From a virus, in the IMG/VR virus record IMGVR_UViG_3300045988_159436: a DNA stretch of 64,000 bases; one strand, given 5' to 3'. Each line of letters opens with the position of its first letter. Position 1 is the first letter of the stretch. The position numbers were made by a program, and so were the translations under genes. The notes beneath the pieces were generated by a model. That model worked only from the letters and a program-made list of their open reading frames with translations, was not told the origin of the DNA and ran no database searches. Below are positions 58,144 to 64,000 of this stretch, in pieces.

Positions 58144-58482
58144 ATGAAGGAATATCTATATAAGATATTTAAATTAGTTTTTAAAAATCGTTATGATAAA
58201 GATGTATTAAAACTAAAAGATGAAATTTATGAATTACGCAAAGAAAAGGTAGAAAAAGTTAGAGAATGTGAACAAGTTAGACGTGAATTAATGGGAGTTA
58301 AAAAAAGAATGTCAGCTTTAGATAATTCTAGATTAGAAGATGAAGTAAAGGTAAATGAATTAATAGCCCATTTAAAAGAATGTGAAGAACAAATAGAAGA
58401 ATTAAATGAAAAAGTAAAGAATCTTCAAAGTAAAAATAAAGGCTTAACAACACAGATAAAAAACATGAAAGAAGGAAAATAA
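58144..58482 (+). CDS. coiled-coil protein
   Basis: heptad-rich K/E sequence. Confidence 0.4.
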   Translation: MKEYLYKIFKLVFKNRYDKDVLKLKDEIYELRKEKVEKVRECEQVRRELMGVKKRMSALDNSRLEDEVKVNELIAHLKECEEQIEELNEKVKNLQSKNKGLTTQIKNMKEGK

Positions 58483-58585
58483 TATGGGACTCTACACAAA
58501 ACTAAAGAATGCGGCAAATAATTTCATAGAGGTTATGTGTAGAGGTTTGGAACGTCTACACTATCTGTAAGAACGGAGGGGTGTA

Positions 58586-58897
58586 GTGAATAGGGATTTT
58601 GAGACAGAATTAAGAGAAGATTTAGCAGTAATAAAAACAAAGCAACAAAGCAACTCAGAAAGTCTTGGAGTGTTCTTAGAAAAAACACAAACACAAGAAG
58701 TAGAATTAAAGACAGTAGAAAATAATATAAAGACAATTTTCAAAAGATTAGATGAAATGAGAGCAGAAGCAAAGGAAAATAAAGTAGAGCTAAATAAAGT
58801 TATAGATGATAAGTGTTCTGATATTTTTAGATTAGCAACATTTTTATCAGGAATAATAAGTATGTTTATAAGCATACTTGCACTTATTTTAAAGTAA
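58586..58897 (+). CDS. putative holin/lysis regulator (coiled coil + C-terminal TM)
   Basis: C-terminal hydrophobic helix, position before endolysin. Confidence 0.35.
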   Translation: MNRDFETELREDLAVIKTKQQSNSESLGVFLEKTQTQEVELKTVENNIKTIFKRLDEMRAEAKENKVELNKVIDDKCSDIFRLATFLSGIISMFISILALILK

Positions 58898-58909
58898 TGG
58901 GGTTTTATA

Positions 58910-59251
58910 ATGTTTGAGAAGCTAAAGAATATTATCAAATCAAAAATTCTTGTAAAGCCTAGAATTGCTGGTGGGAGTTTAAAGCTTCTCTATATAATGA
59001 TTGCATTAATAATAACAACTGTTTTAGCTTATATATTTGCTTGGGCATACCAAGCGATATTTAAAGGCGTAATAGCATTACCTGATTTATTAGCCTTAAC
59101 GAAAGTTTTATTCTCCCCAGAAGCAATCGCCGCTATATTCTTTTATGGGGCATCCATAATAGATAAAGACGGAGATGGAGAGAGCGACAAATTAGAAAAA
59201 GAAGCACAGAAGGAAGATAAAAAAGAAGGTGGATGTAATGTACGAAAGTAA
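58910..59251 (+). CDS. putative holin (2 TM + charged C-terminus)
   Basis: topology, position. Confidence 0.45.
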   Translation: MFEKLKNIIKSKILVKPRIAGGSLKLLYIMIALIITTVLAYIFAWAYQAIFKGVIALPDLLALTKVLFSPEAIAAIFFYGASIIDKDGDGESDKLEKEAQKEDKKEGGCNVRK

Positions 59252-59690
59252 ACATTGGAGCGTAACAGAATGGGATTGTTGGCGCAGAAACAGTAATGAA
59301 TATGCGTGGGACAATGAAAATGGGAAGTTATGCACGAATAATGAAAAAACAGCAAATTTATTTAAAATATTAGATATGCTGAGAGATTGGAATTTTAATT
59401 GGGTAGTAAATACTACAGTTTATCACTCTGAGTATGGAACAGATTTCAAATCTGGTTATAGAACTGTAGACGATGGCGTTAATGCGGCGTGTGGTGGAGC
59501 ATTAGGAAGTTATCACACGAAAGGATGTGCCGCAGATATTCATATCGCTGGTCAAGATGATACTGATACTGCTTTAGCAGACACCGTTTTAGCGGCGGCA
59601 AAAGCGTGGGGATTAGAAGACCAGTTAGGAATAGGTTATTATGGTGATTGGATTCATATAGATACCAGAGGAGTAACTTCGAGATGGTAA
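59229..59690 (+). CDS. endolysin, peptidase M15 (VanY/L-Ala-D-Glu peptidase-like)
   Basis: SYHTKGCAADIHI and DWIHIDTR zinc-binding motifs. Confidence 0.6.
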   Translation: MDVMYESKHWSVTEWDCWRRNSNEYAWDNENGKLCTNNEKTANLFKILDMLRDWNFNWVVNTTVYHSEYGTDFKSGYRTVDDGVNAACGGALGSYHTKGCAADIHIAGQDDTDTALADTVLAAAKAWGLEDQLGIGYYGDWIHIDTRGVTSRW

Positions 59691-59728
59691 TAGGAGGAAC
59701 TGCAAGAATAGTCTTGTAGGAAAGAAAT

Positions 59729-60043
59729 ATGGTTAGTACAATTACAGTAGATAATTTTAAGTGTAAATGTTGTGGGGCAACGCCTAAAGTGAGTAAACGG
59801 CTGTTGAAAATATTGAATGATATACAGACAAACGTTGGCTCTGAATTAACAATATTATCACCTACTTGTAAAGACCAAGAATTTAAAAAGTTATTAAAAG
59901 CTTGTGTCATTTTAGTTCCTAAACTTTATACTGTTGATGATTTAGCGGACTTAGCGATACTGTATAACGCAGATGGTATAAGAAGGTTATATAAATATAA
60001 AGCAGTATATGTAGATGTTTTAGGAAATAAAATGGATTATTAA
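59729..60043 (+). CDS. hypothetical protein
   Basis: ORF track. Confidence 0.4.
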   Translation: MVSTITVDNFKCKCCGATPKVSKRLLKILNDIQTNVGSELTILSPTCKDQEFKKLLKACVILVPKLYTVDDLADLAILYNADGIRRLYKYKAVYVDVLGNKMDY

Positions 60044-60044
60044 T

Positions 60045-60070
60045 CCCTTACTAAGTAAGGGATTTTTTTT
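60045..60070 (+). terminator. rho-independent terminator
   Basis: cccttactaagtaaggg + T8. Confidence 0.7.
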
Positions 60071-60071
60071 A

Positions 60072-60100
60072 TTGACAAAATTAAAAAAGTATGGTATAAT
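60072..60100 (+). promoter_or_regulatory. sigma70-type promoter (family copy)
   Basis: TTGACA-17-TGgTATAAT. Confidence 0.7.
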
Positions 60101-60112
60101 AGATTTAACGAG

Positions 60113-60376
60113 GTGATAGTAATGGAAATGTTGGCATTGAAAAGTGGCGTAGATTATCGAACGTTTAGGTTTATATTTGGAACTGACAAACTTTCTTATA
60201 AAGCTTCTCATAATCTTTGGAAAAAGCTTTCTACTGGTGTATCAAAAAAGCATTTAAACTTAGAATCAGTTGAAGGTGTACTAATTTATAATTTTGAATA
60301 CTCTAATGGAAAGTATTGTTATTTTCCTGAGTTTTGGTTTGAAGAAGTTAGGTATTCTGATATTGAATGGGAGTAA
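60113..60376 (+). CDS. WE-tail family small protein (..SDIEWE*)
   Basis: C-terminal module. Confidence 0.5.
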   Translation: MIVMEMLALKSGVDYRTFRFIFGTDKLSYKASHNLWKKLSTGVSKKHLNLESVEGVLIYNFEYSNGKYCYFPEFWFEEVRYSDIEWE

Positions 60377-60379
60377 AAA

Positions 60380-60622
60380 ATGGTAAAATTAAAGGAAGGA
60401 TTAAGGCATGCTGAGTGGCTTTGGTTTATGCACAATTCAATACAGTTTAGAAATGCTTGTTATGTAGATGCTAATATATTATGGAATATGTTAAAAGATG
60501 GGGTTTCAGAAGATGCCTTAAAAATCAGAGATGATAGTACAGGTTATAAAGAAATCTGTTATAAAGAAGTTAAATATGCCTTACCTATAAAGTGGTGTTT
60601 GCCAATTTTTGAATGGGAATAA
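60380..60622 (+). CDS. WE-tail family small protein (..PIFEWE*)
   Basis: C-terminal module. Confidence 0.5.
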   Translation: MVKLKEGLRHAEWLWFMHNSIQFRNACYVDANILWNMLKDGVSEDALKIRDDSTGYKEICYKEVKYALPIKWCLPIFEWE

Positions 60623-60629
60623 AAAACAC

Positions 60630-60658
60630 TTGACAAAAGGAAAAAAGTGTGGTATAAT
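60630..60658 (+). promoter_or_regulatory. sigma70-type promoter (family copy)
   Basis: TTGACA-17-TGgTATAAT. Confidence 0.7.
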
Positions 60659-60683
60659 AGTATAAAAGATAGGAGATGGTTTA

Positions 60684-61001
60684 ATGAGTTTATTAGTGGA
60701 TATGTACGAATTAAAAACAGAGGAATATATTAAGACGAGAAAACAAACAGCAGAAGTTATTGAGACTTTAAGAGCATTAAGGGATACAAATACAAATCCT
60801 TTATATCGTAAAGCAATGAATGAGGCTATTAGGGAAATTAAGCAAATTGGATTTGCAAGAAAAGGTAAAATTACAAACTGTTTGGGAAAACTTTTTGAAG
60901 AGGAATCCGCAGAATATAGACGTAAACTTAGCGATATTGAAACTGAGGACTCTATACGTACATTAGAGTCTATTTCTTGTAGACATTTTCAGGGTTTTTG
61001 A
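60684..61001 (+). CDS. hypothetical protein
   Basis: ORF track. Confidence 0.45.
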   Translation: MSLLVDMYELKTEEYIKTRKQTAEVIETLRALRDTNTNPLYRKAMNEAIREIKQIGFARKGKITNCLGKLFEEESAEYRRKLSDIETEDSIRTLESISCRHFQGF

Positions 61002-61010
61002 TTAATAAAA

Positions 61011-62501
61011 ATGGCTATTAAAGTTTTTATAAGTAACTCTCAATTATTAAAAAACTTAACAGATATAGAAAAAGAACGAATAAAAAAAGATTTAACTTTT
61101 AAAAATCCTGAATATGAAAGTATTCTTAAATTCTCTAGATGGGGTAGCACTAAAGTTCCAGAATTTCTTTATTATTATAAAGAAGTAGGGGATAGCTTAG
61201 AAGTTCCTAGAGGATATAAGATACCTTTTAATTATGAAGTAGTAGAAGATACCTCAATTAGTTTTAATAATATAGAATATCCATCAGTACAAATCCAGCC
61301 TAGAAAAGTACAACAGGTAGCAATAGAGCATTTCACTGATAATACTGGAACACTTGTTATAAATACAGGGTTAGGTAAGTCAATAATTGGTTTGATGCTG
61401 GCAGGAAAGCTAAAAGAAAGGGTATTAATTATAGTTAATAAAGACGATTTAATAGATGGTTGGCAAAAAGATGCTCTGTTGTGCTATGGGGAAATAGAAA
61501 TAGGTTTAGTAAAAGGCAAGGTTTTCAATATAGGAAAACAAATTACTTTAACTACGATACAGACTCTTTCTAGGCTAGGTGACGAAAAGCTTGATAAATT
61601 AAAAGAAAGTATATCAATGTTAATTTGTGATGAATGTCATAGGTGTTCTGCTAAGATATACAGTGTTCTGAATGGCTTTCCTGCCAGATATCGTTTAGGG
61701 TTAACAGCAACTAAAATGAGAAATGATGGATTAGCAGATGTATTAGATTTAATTTGTGGGCATACATTGTATGAATACAAAGGAGAATTTGAAACTTCTG
61801 ATATTATAGATACAAAAGACATTTTTGTAATAAAGAGAGAGAGTCAGTTGAAATGGAATCCAGTGATTGATTATTACTGGACGAAAAGCGGAGCAAAAGT
61901 AAAAGCATTAGTATATAAAGATAAAGTATTTGCGCCACATACGCCAGAATGGAAAGCTTTAATAACACAGTTATTAAGTACAAAAGAAGTTGATAGTTTA
62001 CCTGTTAATTTACAGGAAGCTTATAAAACTGTATCAGAAGATTTAACATTTAACAGATTAGTTGTTGAAGATATTATAAAAGAATATAATTCAGGAAAAT
62101 CTTGTATAGTGTTTTGTAAAGAGAAAGAGCATATAAATTTATTGTATGATATGTTGGTAGATATATGTCCAAGAATACAAAAATACTATGGAGATATGAA
62201 AGAAACAAAAGCAGAAATAAAAGAAAAAGCAGAAACAAAAGAAGCATTAATTACATTAGCTACTATTTCTATTAGTTGTGAAGGAACTAACGTAAAATCA
62301 TGGGAGAGAGGATTTCTTGTATCTACAGTGGCAAACAAGAAAGATTTAATACAGATTTTAGGAAGGTTACGAAGAACTAAAGATGGTAAGACTAATGTAT
62401 TTTTTTATGATTACAGACATCCTTTTATGGCAATTTTTAATAAGCATGGAGTAAAGAGGGATAAGTGGTATAGAGAAATAGGAATTACAAAAATTATTTA
62501 A
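61011..62501 (+). CDS. superfamily 2 DExH-box helicase
   Basis: TGLGKS (I), LICDECHR (II), QILGRLRR (VI). Confidence 0.75.
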   Translation: MAIKVFISNSQLLKNLTDIEKERIKKDLTFKNPEYESILKFSRWGSTKVPEFLYYYKEVGDSLEVPRGYKIPFNYEVVEDTSISFNNIEYPSVQIQPRKVQQVAIEHFTDNTGTLVINTGLGKSIIGLMLAGKLKERVLIIVNKDDLIDGWQKDALLCYGEIEIGLVKGKVFNIGKQITLTTIQTLSRLGDEKLDKLKESISMLICDECHRCSAKIYSVLNGFPARYRLGLTATKMRNDGLADVLDLICGHTLYEYKGEFETSDIIDTKDIFVIKRESQLKWNPVIDYYWTKSGAKVKALVYKDKVFAPHTPEWKALITQLLSTKEVDSLPVNLQEAYKTVSEDLTFNRLVVEDIIKEYNSGKSCIVFCKEKEHINLLYDMLVDICPRIQKYYGDMKETKAEIKEKAETKEALITLATISISCEGTNVKSWERGFLVSTVANKKDLIQILGRLRRTKDGKTNVFFYDYRHPFMAIFNKHGVKRDKWYREIGITKII

Positions 62502-62507
62502 AAATGC

Positions 62508-62536
62508 TTGACAAAATTAAAAAAGTATGATATAAT
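62508..62536 (+). promoter_or_regulatory. sigma70-type promoter (family copy)
   Basis: TTGACA-17-TGaTATAAT. Confidence 0.7.
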
Positions 62537-62551
62537 GTTAAGACTTAAAGA

Positions 62552-63034
62552 ATGGATGATAAAATGGTTGAATGTAAAATTATAGACTTTTCAGAAGCAG
62601 AGATAGATGATTCACGTTTCAAAGAATTAGCTATGCAGTATGATATGTATAGAAAGACAAAGCTTGAAGCGGAAAAAAGAGTGAAAGAATTAAAAGAACA
62701 GCTAGATGCTTATGTAGAGTCTAATGGCAAAAGTGATTTAAATGGTAATAAGTATTTACCTTTTTTAGATAATAAATATCTAAAAAGAGAGGTAAGAAAA
62801 AGCTATGATGTAATACCTTATATGGCTGAAAGTATTTTGAGAGACTATGGTGTTTTAGATAAAGTTTTAAAGTATGAAGCTTATTATGATATGGAAGTAT
62901 TGGAACATCTTATCGCAGATGGAGTAATACCATTAGAGGTAGCAGAGAAAATGTTTAAAGAAAAATTAAGTTATTCAACTAAAATAGTAGATTTAAAGGA
63001 TGTGAGCGAGGATGCCGAGAAAGAGGAAAGCTAA
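62552..63034 (+). CDS. hypothetical acidic protein
   Basis: ORF track. Confidence 0.45.
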   Translation: MDDKMVECKIIDFSEAEIDDSRFKELAMQYDMYRKTKLEAEKRVKELKEQLDAYVESNGKSDLNGNKYLPFLDNKYLKREVRKSYDVIPYMAESILRDYGVLDKVLKYEAYYDMEVLEHLIADGVIPLEVAEKMFKEKLSYSTKIVDLKDVSEDAEKEES

Positions 63035-63395
63035 AAGAGGCAGACCCGCAGGGCAAATATTACAGGGAAAATTATTTAAAATAAATGGCAAGATACTACG
63101 ATTATATACAAGAGCAAAATTAATAGAAGCTTTTAAATTGGCTGGTATTCCTAGAGGTTCATTAACTTTACGTAATTGGGAAAATACAGGTATTTTACCT
63201 CCTGCCCTAGTGAGAGTAAATAATATTTGTTATTACACACAGGAACAAATAAATGCTATTGTTAGAGTAGCTTTAGAGTGTGGAGTTAGGAGAGGTTTTC
63301 CTATTGAAAAGACTGGATTTTCTGAACGAGTAAAAATTGCTTTACAAAAAGTAAATGAAAGATTGTTTATGCCAGATAAAGAAATGGAGGAATAA
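63012..63395 (+). CDS. putative DNA-binding protein (basic N-terminus RGRPAG, HTH-like core)
   Basis: composition only. Confidence 0.35.
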   Translation: MPRKRKAKRGRPAGQILQGKLFKINGKILRLYTRAKLIEAFKLAGIPRGSLTLRNWENTGILPPALVRVNNICYYTQEQINAIVRVALECGVRRGFPIEKTGFSERVKIALQKVNERLFMPDKEMEE

Positions 63396-63397
63396 AA

Positions 63398-63600
63398 TGG
63401 AAACAATAAAAGTAGGTTTATCAAAAGGTGTAACATTGAATTTAGGTAATTATGAAAGTGCAAAATTTGATTGTTGGATGGAAGCAGAAGTATTAGAAAA
63501 AGAAAGAGATACAACATTAGATTTGTTTTCAGAACTTATTGATAATCGTTTAGAACAAGAAGCAAAGGAACTAGAACGTTCCATAGCAAAACGTAAATGA
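63398..63600 (+). CDS. hypothetical small protein
   Basis: ATG with GGAGG RBS. Confidence 0.4.
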
Positions 63601-64000
63601 TAGTAACAAAAGCACAGGCAAAGAAGTTATTTGGTGGAGCAATAGTAACTTCTGATAAAAGTGGAATTGTAAAATCAACAGAAGATTATAGTAAGTTCAA
63701 ATCTAATGATTGGATAAAATATTTTTCAGATAAAGCAAAAGAACATGATGTAAAGTATCAAGTAGTTAAATATAAAGATACCTCTGTAATTAAATCATTA
63801 ATGGCTACATATCCAAGTGATGAAATAAAAAAGATAATTGATTTCCTTTGGGATTCTGATTACCGTTTTAAAGCAGGTGGCAGGGAAAAAACCTTTATGG
63901 AATATGGCATTTATTTAATGTCAAATGCTTGGTTGAGCAGTTATTATAATTTAGCAATAGCTTATACAGGAGAGAGTTTAACTCCTAAGCGGGGTTGGAA
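63597..64000 (+). CDS. hypothetical protein, 3' end outside window
   Basis: ATG overlapping upstream stop (ATGA). Confidence 0.4.
   Translation, partial: MIVTKAQAKKLFGGAIVTSDKSGIVKSTEDYSKFKSNDWIKYFSDKAKEHDVKYQVVKYKDTSVIKSLMATYPSDEIKKIIDFLWDSDYRFKAGGREKTFMEYGIYLMSNAWLSSYYNLAIAYTGESLTPKRGW

Noticed and set aside
1-64000. Integrase, repressor, CRISPR arrays, or a recombinase for the inverted repeats
   Set aside because: Searched by motif reading; none found in this window. The invertase, if any, must lie outside it.

Overview
This AT-rich 64-kb window reads as a contiguous piece of a tailed dsDNA phage genome; no integrase is visible, and the tail module is lambda-like. From left to right it contains the following. 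(1) An early/accessory region with small divergent genes, iteron-like repeats, a Zn-ribbon/amidoligase-like gene, and a leftward operon (5.3-8.6 kb) that includes a frameshifted metallophosphoesterase. (2) A rightward early region with a 3D-domain secreted protein and a dUTPase. (3) Two tRNA arrays with at least 17 tRNAs, interspersed with freestanding or intron-borne HNH endonucleases; a tRNA-Arg(UCU) carries an HNH-containing intron, and a second tRNA is split by an HNH gene. (4) An anaerobic ribonucleotide reductase gene (nrdD) broken into four exons by three group I-like introns, one of which carries a LAGLIDADG endonuclease. (5) A dNMP-kinase-like gene, an ATP-dependent DNA ligase and a metallophosphoesterase. 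(6) A structural module of terminase, portal, scaffold and a major capsid gene that is itself interrupted by two or three group I-like introns carrying LAGLIDADG and HNH endonucleases. This is followed by head completion genes, an Ig-domain major tail protein, G/GT chaperones with an A_AAA_AAC -1 frameshift site, the tape measure gene, lambda M/L/K/J-like tail tip genes and tail fibres. (7) A textbook diversity-generating retroelement: the VR at the 3' end of a fibre-associated C-type-lectin-like gene, a TR differing from the VR only at adenines, and a reverse transcriptase with the DGR I/LGxxxSQ motif. (8) Tandem small genes of a family ending in ...WE-stop. (9) A second tail fibre followed by a cassette of receptor-binding-tip paralogs containing a G9 homopolymer tract and a perfect 35-bp inverted repeat; the repeat flanks an opposite-strand promoterless C-terminal cassette, which suggests an invertible, shufflon-like switch. 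(10) Holins, an M15 endolysin and an SF2 helicase region. A family of about 14 near-identical sigma-70-type promoters (TTGACA, 17-nt spacer, TGnTATAAT) punctuates the window. Splice junctions and tRNA boundaries were derived by eye and are approximate.
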